A stretch of 64,000 nt of DNA from Rhina ancylostomus (Eukaryota). Where the stretch lies: contig JARFYF010000094.1 of NCBI GenBank assembly GCA_030265395.1, positions 33,469,913-33,533,912 on the forward strand. The letters are read 5' to 3'. This document shows, in pieces, positions 36,540 through 49,000 of the stretch. Each line of letters begins with the position of its first letter. Position 1 is the first letter of the stretch. The position numbers and the translations under genes are program-made. The notes under the pieces are model-generated. The model made no database searches. It was not told the origin of the DNA and worked only from the letters and a program-made list of their open reading frames with translations.

Positions 36540-37787
36540 NNNNNNNNNNNNNNNNNNNNNNNNNNNNNNNNNNNNNNNNNNNNNNNNNNNNNNNNNNNNN
36601 NNNNNNNNNNNNNNNNNNNNNNNNNNNNNNNNNNNNNNNNNNNNNNNNNNNNNNNNNNNNNNNNNNNNNNNNNNNNNNNNNNNNNNNNNNNNNNNNNNNN
36701 NNNNNNNNNNNNNNNNNNNNNNNNNNNNNNNNNNNNNNNNNNNNNNNNNNNNNNNNNNNNNNNNNNNNNNNNNNNNNNNNNNNNNNNNNNNNNNNNNNNN
36801 NNNNNNNNNNNNNNNNNNNNNNNNNNNNNNNNNNNNNNNNNNNNNNNNNNNNNNNNNNNNNNNNNNNNNNNNNNNNNNNNNNNNNNNNNNNNNNNNNNNN
36901 NNNNNNNNNNNNNNNNNNNNNNNNNNNNNNNNNNNNNNNNNNNNNNNNNNNNNNNNNNNNNNNNNNNNNNNNNNNNNNNNNNNNNNNNNNNNNNNNNNNN
37001 NNNNNNNNNNNNNNNNNNNNNNNNNNNNNNNNNNNNNNNNNNNNNNNNNNNNNNNNNNNNNNNNNNNNNNNNNNNNNNNNNNNNNNNNNNNNNNNNNNNN
37101 NNNNNNNNNNNNNNNNNNNNNNNNNNNNNNNNNNNNNNNNNNNNNNNNNNNNNNNNNNNNNNNNNNNNNNNNNNNNNNNNNNNNNNNNNNNNNNNNNNNN
37201 NNNNNNNNNNNNNNNNNNNNNNNNNNNNNNNNNNNNNNNNNNNNNNNNNNNNNNNNNNNNNNNNNNNNNNNNNNNNNNNNNNNNNNNNNNNNNNNNNNNN
37301 NNNNNNNNNNNNNNNNNNNNNNNNNNNNNNNNNNNNNNNNNNNNNNNNNNNNNNNNNNNNNNNNNNNNNNNNNNNNNNNNNNNNNNNNNNNNNNNNNNNN
37401 NNNNNACTACTACTGGCAACGTATTCCAGATCCTAGCCATTTGTTGTGTAAAAGTATCTTTCCTCATTTCATTTTTGATTCTTTTGGAACATAGAAGAGT
37501 ACAGCACAATACAGTTTTTTTAAACTGCAGATGCTGGTTGTGTTAACAACCTGGCAACTATCATTTGTTCCCATTTCCTGCTCTATTTTTCTTCTTAGTC
37601 ATCCATAAAACCCTGGTTTTAATTTTCTTCCCCTTCTCCTTCATGGAATGTACCAAGACTGTAGCTGAAACATCTTCACTTTAAAGGTCTCCCATAATTC
37701 AAATGAATAGAACTGAACATTATACAGTCATCAGCAAATATCCTCTCTTCCAACATTTTGATGGATATTGATGAATATCAAGAAAAA

Positions 37788-37989
37788 AACTGCAGATGCT
37801 GGAAATCTGAAACAAAAACAGGATGACACTGGAAGCACTCACAAGGTCAGGCAGTATCTAGAGAAGGAGGAAGAGAGTTAATAGTGAAGTCTGAAATGTT
37901 AACCCTGATTGTTTTTCCACAGATGTTGTCTGGCCTGCTTAGAGTTTCCAGCATTTTCTGGTTTTATTTCAGATTTCCAGCATCTGCAA
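37788..37989. mobile_element. Penelope-derived fold-back element
   Basis: Left arm tgcagatgctggaaatctgaaacaaaa and right arm ttttatttcagatttccagcatctgca. Confidence 0.8.
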
Positions 37990-38329
37990 TATTTATGATT
38001 TTTATTTGCTGTGGGTCTGAACTGTTAAATATAACAATTCTGTTAGCATTCACAGCTTCACTATTTAATTGTGGTGGTATAGGTGATGCTGTCGATTGTC
38101 AAAAATATCATGTTTCAGCAAACACTGCAAATTCTATAGGTGTAAAGTCCATTATGACTAATTAGGATATTCAAAGTTATTTCAAAATACCACTGACAGT
38201 AGTTGAAGCAATTCAACTCACTTCAATAAAGTTATACTAATCACTTACACAATGTGACCATTTAACTCACAGAAGTCAGCACCAACCTGTGCCCATAGCC
38301 TTGCCACAATGGTAATTGAAATAAAAGTC

Positions 38330-41240
38330 CGCTAACTCGCAATTTTCACTGTACCAAATGAATAGTACTATTTGAAAGACATTGCTTAAGCGCAGTCATT
38401 ATCCATAGCCACGAAAATCTTGGACTCCCCAACTGCAGTCTTCTATGCTGACATATGTTGAAAGATTAACCGCCCTTAATGTTTTATATAGGACAGCTGG
38501 TACAATTTGTTGTTCTTGACTATTATATTTCCTTATGCAGTTAATTTATCTTGAAAATCAATGGATGGAAACACTCCGGCAAGTCTGACATGACCCCAAG
38601 ACATTGCTGCTGAATGATAACTTTGTTGTTTTTGAACTGGATGATTAAACCATTCCCAACTTGTTTCATGGTGATCAGTTTCTTACAACTCACATGTAAA
38701 ATCACAGATACTAACTTCTGACAATTATGCTTTTGCTCTATGAATCTACTAATACCATCTCTTCCTCTTTTTCAAATGCTACTTACACTGAAAACTTTTG
38801 ACAAAATTCACTTAATTCTTCTAGGTGGAAAAACAATTGTTTCCAATGTATTCTTTTCAACATCTATCACATATACCTATCCAGAGATATTCTGTTCAAA
38901 CTGGTCACAGGCAAACAAAATTTCTAAGAGCTCCATCTCCATTTGTACATATTTCATCTCTGCTTCTGTTACAACCCTTATTCCACAGGCAAATCATTCT
39001 CCAATGTGCATCATTGTTATCCAAATCCAATTTGAGGAGCATTAGATTATAAAGTTACCTCTTCTTTAAGATAATAATGTCTATTAGTTAGTGACCACTA
39101 CCTTGTCTTTTCAGCACCACTTTGTGGGATTTTCCCCAGAACCACTCTATATCTTTCCATTCTAAATGTCTGAGGGACTTTACCATAGCTGATAGATTAG
39201 CGAAAATCGCACATGTCCCAACAAACCATTGGACAAGCCCCACATCTGTCAGTATTGGCATTTCCAAAACTGCTTCAACTTCTGCTGGATCTGGAGAAAA
39301 TCCTTGGTCCATGGCAACAGCTCCAATGAAAGCAACATTTTGTTTCTATGACTTTATTTAGCACTCATCAATGATCACTGAACTTTTGAAGTAATCATGA
39401 TCTTAAATCACTTATTCTAATGTTTCTCTAAATCCTAGAGCCACAAATTCATCAGCAATTGATTGAAGTCCTTTCACCAATTCATGTATTTTCCTTTGGA
39501 AAAGTTCAATCATAAATGTGACCCTGCATTTACATATGCTTCACACGATACTCTCAAACGGTACATGGAAAGGAGTTACATATGACAATTAGTCATCTAA
39601 ACTTATGTACCAAACATCATTTCAAACATCATATAGGTGTGTGGCTCCACCTGCTATTGTTGGCAGTGGATAATAAAGCTCTGTTAATAGGTTTATTCAA
39701 TGTTTTAGGATATAAACATGTGTTGTGATTGATTGTTCTTAGATATTGCCACTATTGAATTGATCCAAGCTGTCAGTACTATGACTGGAACTAGAATATC
39801 AAGTCTAAGACATCTAGCAGTTTGTTCTGCCTACTTTCTCAGCCATTAGCAACCTATGAGGTGCAAGTTGCTGCTAAATTATTCTACTGCTTAAATATTC
39901 TCCTTTAAGTTGTCAAATTCCATCACTATACAACAGAGTGTACTTCTGCATTAAACATTCTTTAGTTACTACCTTATAGCCAATTAACATATATACCCCG
40001 ATTCCAGTGGATGGTGCTCTATTATTATTGAATTATATACACTGTACATGCCTTTTGGCCCAGCAAATCCTAAAGTCATATTCTCTACTTGTTTTCATTC
40101 AAACTTACATTTCTTGTTTATTACCATACTGGACTAACAGTTACACCTGCCCTTAAACAGGAAGGCAAGATTTACCAATAGATCCAAGTGGTTCCACCTT
40201 TATAAGTTTAAAAATCAATGGATTTTTTCTCACATAAGTGATCCAGAATTATATTTCATTGGGCTCCTTTACTTATTGGAAATCTCAGATGCCACCTGGC
40301 TCTAACTCATCATGAAAGCAAGCACTGATCTCACANNNNNNNNNNNNNNNNNNNNNNNTCTCACAGACAACAAAAACTATTGCTCGTAGCTCCTCATCAT
40401 TTCTTCAGCCTGGGTGTTTACATGTTTGTTCCCATGGCAATTCCTTGCAAAATACTTGCTCCTTCTGTGCCCATTACACACTAAACTAAAAACAGGGCGT
40501 AATTCTCTCCTATGGAACTCATTTTCTCCCATAGTTTCAACACTTGTGTCCTTGGATTTTATTTTAGCCTTAGTTCGTAGCTTTTCTCCGTCATCCCCAG
40601 AGGTTTCTTTGAGTTTACATGCTGTTCACTTTCTGTCCTGTTGACTCACTAAATTACTTAATGTTGAATCTGCATGCTCTCTGTTTTCTCTAAGATCAGG
40701 TTATTTCTCAAAGCAATCTTTCTCACAGCTTTGAGTCTGCAATTCCAAACACAAGTCTGTCTCTAAGTATTTCTCCCAGCGTTTCTATATGAAACGCACA
40801 ACCTTCTGTGAGTNNNNNNNNNNCTCCTGTTATACCTCTCAAAGGGAATGTCTCTTCACAATACTCAGAAAATTTCCTTAACACAGGGACAATCTTGCAT
40901 TTATCCTCCTCTTAGGTCCAGTCCGTCCAAATGGAATAAACTTCAACCACTTCTATATCTAGCACAGACAATAACTGGACTCACTTGATCCTCTGTTCCA
41001 AATTCATCACTGCAGCAGAATTCTGCCGAGCTAACTCTCATACCCTGCACTTCACTGTAACATTTCCATCATGTATTTCAAGAGCTTGCAGTGGTAATAA
41101 AGTACTTCCCACAACCAACAGGTATACCATTAGGTCTTTGAGAAGCTTTCAAAGCAATTGGCTAGCTCCAAGCTATTCACCAAAGCAAAGTGAGAGTAGC
41201 TTTAAAAAAACTATCCACCACCTCTGCCAGCATGTATTGG
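38330..41240 (-). mobile_element. Decayed Gypsy/Ty3 LTR retrotransposon internal region
   Basis: ORF 39088-39312 (PDPAEVEAVLEMPILTDV..VQWFVG..LRHLEWKDIEWFW) resembles the RT thumb/connection. About 38970-38880 reads TEAEMKYVQMEMELLEILFACDQF, like the RNase H motif YAQIEKELLAIVFA. The outer limits are uncertain. Confidence 0.7.
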
Positions 41241-42764
41241 TTCCTCTTTAATTTTAATCATAGTCAAGATTGTTTACAAAGAGAAATTAAGAAAGATAAT
41301 GTAACTGCATTAAACGCAGGAAGGCAAGCATTTTACAGACTGCTTTGTTAGCTACTTTCACAGAGAAACTCTACAGAACTCTAGAACAATGTAAATAAAC
41401 AAGATTACATTGAAAACAACAACAATGCTTAATTAATGAGATCATACATCTGCTTTTTGCACATTTTAGGCTCTCAATCACTAATTGCTAGGTTTCAACT
41501 GCCTTAGTTTCTAGACTCTTCCCCCAAAACCTTCAGGGCACTCTTCTCTCCATTGCAATGTTCTCTTAAAACCTCTCTTTGACCAAACCTTTGATCATTT
41601 ATACCAATACCTCTACCTCCAACTTGGTGTCAAAACTGTAATTGTTGACAACACTTTGTTACATGTTTTGACATATTTTGCTGTTTTCAAAGGTGCTGGG
41701 TGTAGCAAAACTGGATGGATTCAAGTTTGCAGTTCATTGGCAATCGAAAGCATATTTTATTTGAGGTCCTGCTGCTGCCATTGCTCAAGCCATGAAGGTT
41801 TAATGCAGACAAGGGCCTTTCCTCTGCTACTCTACAGGAAGATTATGTATAATTGGTTGGAGGAGAACTGGAGAGGTGACAGTAATGAGAGACCCAAGTG
41901 GAAGGACAGGGGATGCTAGCAACATAAATGCATAAGGAAAGTTAAGTTTTTAACTAAAAGAATGCCTGACTGCAGCTGATTCCCAGTACAGGGAACCTGG
42001 GTGTTGCCAATGCATCCTTCATATTCATAATGAAGGCCTAGACTGACCACCTGAATATTACATAATCAACTGTTCAGACATGAAGTTCCTAACCAGTTTA
42101 TCAGAACTTAAACACATACTTCCAAATAATTTGATGGTGCAATGAGTAAATGCATTGCAGAGTCAGCAGAAAAGTATTAAAGGATATCATCAGAGAATAA
42201 GAATGTACATGATGCCATAAATTCAGATGAGCACATAACATAAACTATGAAGTTAATACAGCTAATGCCAGACACACTATCTCTGTATTACTGAAAAGTT
42301 AAACATGCATTATTAATAATTTAGATCCATTATCTATCACTAAACATTCAATGGAAATGGTAACAAACAAAATAAACGAACCAAATGTTAAATCAGCACT
42401 CATAAAAATAGACACTCGTTGTATTAGCTGGACCCACTATTATAATGCAAGTACAAACACTTAATCACAAGAGTGAGAATAATGCTACGCATGTGTATCA
42501 GGACTACATTACAGCGCCTGAACCCCAGATAGTCTGAATTATGTCACATTTCTAACTGGTTGAAAACTGGTGGTCTTTCTCATAAAGTGGAATATTTTCA
42601 CAGTCCTGATTTAATCACATAGGAAATGAAATTTTTTCCCCCTGGAATACCTTTATTTCCCACAGAGCAAATACTTGGTCCGCTGTGTAATTAACCATAC
42701 CCTAATGTATGCTCGATGCCACTGAACCATAGAATGGTCATGGCATTGTGTCTGGCTGGTTCTC

Positions 42765-43520
42765 ATAGAATGGTGGAAACATACAGTACAGAAACAGGCT
42801 CTTGTAGCTCACCTTGTCCATGCCAACTGTAATGCCTATCTACGCTGACCAGATTTGCCCTCATTTATTCCTCTACTTCTTTCCCGCCCAAGTATACGTC
42901 CACATGCCTTTTAAACATTGTAATTGTACACGTCAACCACCTACTCTGGCAATTTGTTCCAACTATTCACCACACCCTATGTAAACAAAAAAGTACCCAT
43001 TAGATCTTCTTTCTTCACAAGAGCAATTTAGCTGGTCCCATTTCTTAACTTTCACCTCATAGCAATGCAAAATTCTTTCTTTTTAGATACTTGCCAAGCT
43101 CTCTTTTAAACCACTACAATTGAATCTGCTATTCCAAACAGTGCATTACACACCTAACCACTTGCTGTGTAACAAAAATCCTTATATCACTTTTGCCGAT
43201 CACCTTTATTCTGTATTCCATCAATCTTGATCCCTTCATCAACTGGAACAGTTCCTAACTCTTTTGCCTAGACCCTTCAAGAACTTAAGTACCTCTTTGA
43301 GATTTCCTCATAGCCCCAGCTTCTCCAGTCTATCCACATAACTAAAATCCTAGAATTACTTTGGTAAATATCTTCTGCATCTACTCTAAAGCCTTCACAA
43401 CTTTTCTAAAGGCAGTTCCCAGAAGTGGACTCAGTACTCAGTTATGACCAAACTAATGTTTTCTAAAGGTTCATCATGATTTGCTTACTCATGCATTCTG
43501 TGTTGCTATTTAGCACTGTT
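42765..43520 (-). mobile_element. Two adjacent CR1 3' fragments
   Basis: atagaa...acagtacagaaacaggc 3' signature; later cccagcttctccagtctatccacataact and tctaaagccttcaca. Confidence 0.6.
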
Positions 43521-44529
43521 CTTACCTTAAAAGAACCGTACACACAGGTATAATCAGAAATGGAAATGTTGCCATATTTTCTCTTTCCTATCCTTTTGCA
43601 GCTACATCATTAATTAAGGTCTAACACCAGCAACACTTCTGGTGCTTACGTGTTTGTAGCAGTGAACACAGTGCATTGAATCACTAAGCCATTGCAAGGG
43701 AAAATGATAACATTTCCATAAGCAAAATAACATTTTGAACATTGAAATGAAATGACCTTCATATAAGAAAAAATATTCAAAAATCCCACCTTGGATTCCA
43801 TTGTAGGCTCTAATTTTGATATATGAAGAGTTCACAGGTGTGTTTTAAACATTGTGCAATTAAAAACAAGCTATTTATTATGTCCTCTAATTATTTACTT
43901 GAACATGATTTTAGAATTATCTGGACATTAAAATACTTTTGGCACTCAAAAGTTAATTTAGCTCACTCTGTCAGTACGTATAGCCTTCATAACTTGTAAC
44001 ACCTCAGGATATGTACCACCATTTTTCTAATAAGATTATAAATGAGTAGCAACATTCATTGTCAAAGTAGGCTTTGAAAATAAATAACTCACCAAAAATC
44101 ATTTGTTAAAACTGTAGCTGATACAGTTATTCAAACTAAAAATACCTGTGGGCAGATGTTGTTTGCAATGCAAGAGATGTTTTGTCAATCACGTCAATGT
44201 GCTTGTTTTCATTGAAGCAGACCAATGGATTGGCATATCTTATGAGTGAGTTACTGATAACTTAGCTGTTCATCTCCATTATGTTTTCATCTCTAAGCAG
44301 CCTCTGATAATGATCACAAAAATGCTAATGAGCAAAGGCATAGGTCTTGATGTGACCATATTCCAGTCCCTGAAAAAAAATCAGCTCAATTTGGGTGATC
44401 CAAATAATTTTGCTCTCCTACTTCCCATCCTTTATACAGAGTTAATGTTTTGACAGATCACCTGTCAAAAGGTAGCAGAGGAAAAAGGTTTTACAAGAGT
44501 GCCAAAAAAAAACAGTTGCTCATCTATCA

Positions 44530-45900
44530 ACACAATGGGTCAGGCAGCATCTGTGGAAGCAAAAAGTGCAAGTTGATGTTTTGGGACAAGACCTTGATTC
44601 AGGACTGAGTGGGAAGAGGAAATATAGTCAGTATATAGTAGTACAAGGGAGGGGTGGGACAAAAGTCGGTAGGTCATAGGTGGAACCAATAAAGAGGAGA
44701 GAAGGGCAGATGCAACCAGGTGAGGAAGGGGTAAGGCATGGGAAAGGTGAACAAAGGAAGTAGAAAGCCAGGTGGACACGTGACTGTGTGAGGGGATGTG
44801 GGTTACTGAAATTGGAAAATTCAATGTTCATACCATAGGGTTGTAAGTTATGCAAGTGAAATATGAGATGTTGTTCTTCCAATTTATGTTAAGCCTCTCC
44901 ATAGCAGTGGAGAATGCACAGGAGTGGGAAGGAGACCTAAAATGGAATGCTAGAGAAACAAAGGACTGCATATGCTAGAATCTAGATGAAAACCAGGATG
45001 ATGCTGGAGGAACTCAGCAGGCCAGGCAGCATCCATGGAGAAAAGCAGGCGATCAACATTTCAGGTCAGGATGCTTCTTCAGGACTGAAGTTGGGAAAAG
45101 GGGAAGCCCAATATATAGGATGGAAAGCAGAGCAGTGATAGGTGGACAAAAGAGGNNNNNNNNNNNNNNNNNNNNNNNNNNNNNNNNNNNNNNNNNNNNN
45201 NNNNNNNNNNNNNNNNNNNNNNNNNNNNNNNNNNNNNNNNNNNNNNNNNNNNNNNAAAAGAGGGGAGGCATGGTGTGTGGTGGTGATATCTATCTTCAAT
45301 CCTGAAGAAGGATCCTGACCCGAAACACTGACCACCTGCTTTTTTCCATGGATGCTGACTGGCCTGCTGACCTTCTCCAGCATCATCATGTTTCTCATTA
45401 AACTGGAACACAACTAGAAGCTCGAGATGGTCATTGCAGAGAGAGCACTGGTGTTCCGCAAAATGGTTGCCTAGTCCATGCTTGGTTTCTCCAATGTAGA
45501 GGAGGTCACATGAGCACAGAATACAGGAGACCAGTTTGGAAGAGGTGCAGGTGAACCTCTGCCTCACTTGGAAGGGCTGTTTATATCACTGGATGGCGCT
45601 GAGGGAGGAGGTGAAGGGACAGGTGTTACACCTCTACAGTTGCAGGGGAAAGTGTCAGGGGATAGGGAAGGTGAGTGAGGTGGGATGCGTGTACTAGTGT
45701 GTAATGAAGAGAGTAGTCCCTGCAGAAAGCTGAAAAAGAGTGGGTAGAGGAGAAGATGCAACTTGTGGTGGATCATGCTGGAGCTGGCAGAAATGGGCAA
45801 GGACGATATGTTGGGTGCAGAGGCTGGTGAGGTGAAAGGTGATGACCAAGGAAGCTCTATCACTGTTCTGTCTGGAGGTGAGAGCGCAATGCAGAAAATG
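44530..45900 (-). mobile_element. Penelope-like retroelement remnant with GIY-YIG endonuclease, split by a fold-back insertion at about 44955-45395
   Basis: ORF 45079-45567 has RQRFTCTS..LLYIGETKHGLGNHFAEH; ORF 44628-44882 has EEQHLIFHLHNLQPYGMNIEFSNF. Both are typical of PLE C-termini. Confidence 0.85.
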
Positions 45901-46539
45901 CTTGCGCTCATTTACCAAACTAGGTAATCAAAAAATGAGTGGAGAAGAGTTGGTTATCTACTAATCAGAATTTCAGTCAGGAGTCTGGTGCAAGAAGAAA
46001 TGTAAGGGCATTGTTATGGCGGAGGTTGGAAAGATGGTGAGAACATGTAAAAAAAACTGAATTACATTTTTTATATTTCCAATGATTCAAAAAAAAGCAC
46101 TAAAATATTCCACTTCGAAACAGCTTTTACAAAATCTGCATCAGTTGCATTAACACAACCGATCATATCATACTAAAGTACTTCTATATGTAACAGCTAA
46201 CACTACCATGCAACCCAAGCACCAACTGAGCTGTTTTTAATCACACTTCACTTATCCAACCTAATCACTACTTTTACAAAAACAAATGAGGCAGTTTTCT
46301 TATGTTGTGAGATATTTTCTCTACTTACTGATGCAAGTGAAAAATTTGACACATATCAGGTGGATTTCCCTTCCTTACAACCTTGCTAACTTTTAAATTA
46401 TTACAGAAAAAATATCACCAATGGCAAAGTGTCTCACAGAAGAATTTAGAAAAATTCAGGTGTCCAGTCTTAGAAGTCCAGTATGTAAGAGCATGTATTG
46501 GATACCAGTTGGTGGACTAAGAACTAAGCAGTGTAGGTT

Positions 46540-47060
46540 CATGAGTATTGCCAATATATAGCAGTGCAAAGGGCGGTGGGACAGAGGCTGGTAGGTTTGA
46601 GGGGGAGCCAGACAGGGAGGGGTTGATGGACATCATGGAACCAGGTGAAGGGAAGGGTGAACAAAGGTACCAGAAAACTGGGTGTGGGAGAAGAACACTG
46701 TTTTTGTGGGTTACCTGAAATTGGAAAATTCAACATTTATACCATTGGGTTATAGGCTGCTCAAGCAGAATACAAGATGTTCTTCCAATGTGTGTTTGGC
46801 CTCCCACTCCCCATTTGCTTCCACCTGTCACCTACCAGTTATAATAGCTAGGCAGACTGCTGTGGAGGGAAATTATTTCCCAACCCCCTTCGTACTGCTA
46901 ATATACTAGCTACCTCTTCTGTTCCCTCTCAGTCCTGATGCAAGATCTTGACCCGAAATGCTGACTTACACCTTCTGCCTCCGCAGATGCTGATTGACCC
47001 GCTGAGTTCTTCTAGTGTTCTGTTTTCATTCTAGATTCCAGCATTTGCTGTCTTTTTTGT
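46540..47060. mobile_element. Penelope remnant with an inverted segment
   Basis: ttacctgaaattggaaaattcaacatttataccattggg matches about 44805-44840; it is followed by an oppositely oriented terminal repeat ending ctagattccagcatttgc. Confidence 0.7.
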
Positions 47061-48639
47061 CTTCTGCTCACTAATGTCTCACTTTGTTCCCATACGCAAC
47101 ATGGTTCCAACAAGTTTTTTCAGAAGGCTTGTTCTCACTTTCACCCTTTCCCTAGGAAATCATTTCCTCCCACAGCAAAAACCACCTAGCTATTATAACC
47201 CTAACACCCCATCATTCACTCCAAACCTGTACCTTGCTGGGACTTCTGACATGCACATCAGTCAACTTTCACTTCTGATATTGAACATCAAATCTCATGT
47301 CTAAAACAACATGTTATTTAGAATTTTATACTCAACATGAAAAAACACCTAACCTACAAATATTGCACAGATTATATACCTTGGTCAATAGCAGAGTCTT
47401 AACAACATCCCGGAGAATACCTCAGAAATGGTAACTGTAATAAAGGAGCTCTACTGCTGAAAATCCTCATCAATTTTTGGAACAAGGCAGCTGGAAGCAC
47501 AGACTTAATCCATTCAAGAGACAAAACCTGGCTGCTCTTTCTGCGCCCTGGGGATCCCAACCAATACTAAAGGATCCACCCACAGTTTGTGCAAATTCAT
47601 CTTGACCCAGTATCAAAAATGCCAAAGGAAGGTAAATCCATATAGTGATTATCATTATAGAAGGTGAAAAAGTGGTGAATTAGGCATGATTTATCGAAAA
47701 TTCACCTTGGGTGAAAAGATAGCCTGGCTTGCATAGCTTTTCACATACATCTACCAAAGCACAAAAGGGCCAAAGGAACAGAAGCAAATTAAAGACAATA
47801 CCCTGCTAAAACCAGGATAACTAACCAGTGGCTGATTATCTTATTATCCATTGCAACTGATTTAATGGAGAGGGTGCCTCTGACCCGAGACTCTCCTGTC
47901 ATTGACAAATTATCGTCATAACACCCACCTCCCCCCCCCCCACAACAATCTTCACAGATGTTTCAGGCAGCAGCTACCATGACGAGGTGCTAACCTTTCA
48001 TCAAAGATGTCCAGGGCTAGAAGAATGTTGGCAGCATTTTCTCAATAGTGAGGTGATAGGATTGATGTTTAAAGTTTCAACGATCACCTCATGCCAACAT
48101 ACACTACGTCTCACCTCAACAATAAATTTCCAACTGCCAATTCTACATCCATTTTTAGATCCCAAGCAAGCTGGGTCCCTGTGGTTAACAATAGATTTCC
48201 ACAGGGATTGATCTCAGCACACTTCAATATCTGTGTGATTGACATTCCTGACATTCATACACATCTGTGAGACTGACATTCATGCATGTTGTTAACATGA
48301 CAGGCACCCACCATTGTCTTAGCCAACACTATACTGAACAAAGATTTTGAGAAAGTGAAGAATTACTTTTTTCTATCCAAAACTTCAGCAACAATGTTCT
48401 GCCTGGATAATAAAGCCATTAATAAGAAGTTAGACAACTATTTCTTGTGGAAAAGGACATAAGATGCGGGTTTTGTTAAGTATCTCGGTGTTAGGCTAGA
48501 TTAGTAGGTTAGTGCAAGCAGAATGTTAGTCATCCTCTGAATCCATCTTCACGTTGCATGTCTTTGTGTATTTAAAATAAACTTAAGGTCATTTCATGAA
48601 CCTTAAACATACATTTAAAATATTTACTGCAGACTATGT

Positions 48640-49000
48640 ACAGACATACAAATTAGAAACAGGAATGGACCACTTGGCCCCTAGACCTTGCTCTACCATA
48701 AATAACATCACAGCTGATCCAACTGTAACGTCAAGTCTGCATTCCTGCCAACGTGGCAACCTTTCACCCCATAGCTTATCAAGAATCCAACCACCTGTCT
48801 TAAAAATTAGTCAGAGACTCTACTTCCACAACCCTTTGGGAAAAGGAGTTCCAAAGGCTCATGAGAGAAAAATATTTGTTTGTCTGTCTTAATTTGGCAA
48901 CCCTTTATCTTTAAGCAATGACCCTTGGATCTAGGTTGTTCCACAAGTGAAGGAAAAAAAAGAGGATTTCCTTTTTACATCCACATTATTAAGACTCCTC
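48640..49000 (-). mobile_element. CR1 3' fragment
   Basis: acatacaaattagaaacaggaatggaccacttggcccct...gagttccaaaggctc. Confidence 0.65.

Noticed and set aside
36447-37509. Long ORFs of about 330 aa (similar ones at 55174-55847)
   Set aside because: They consist almost entirely of N-gap translated as X.
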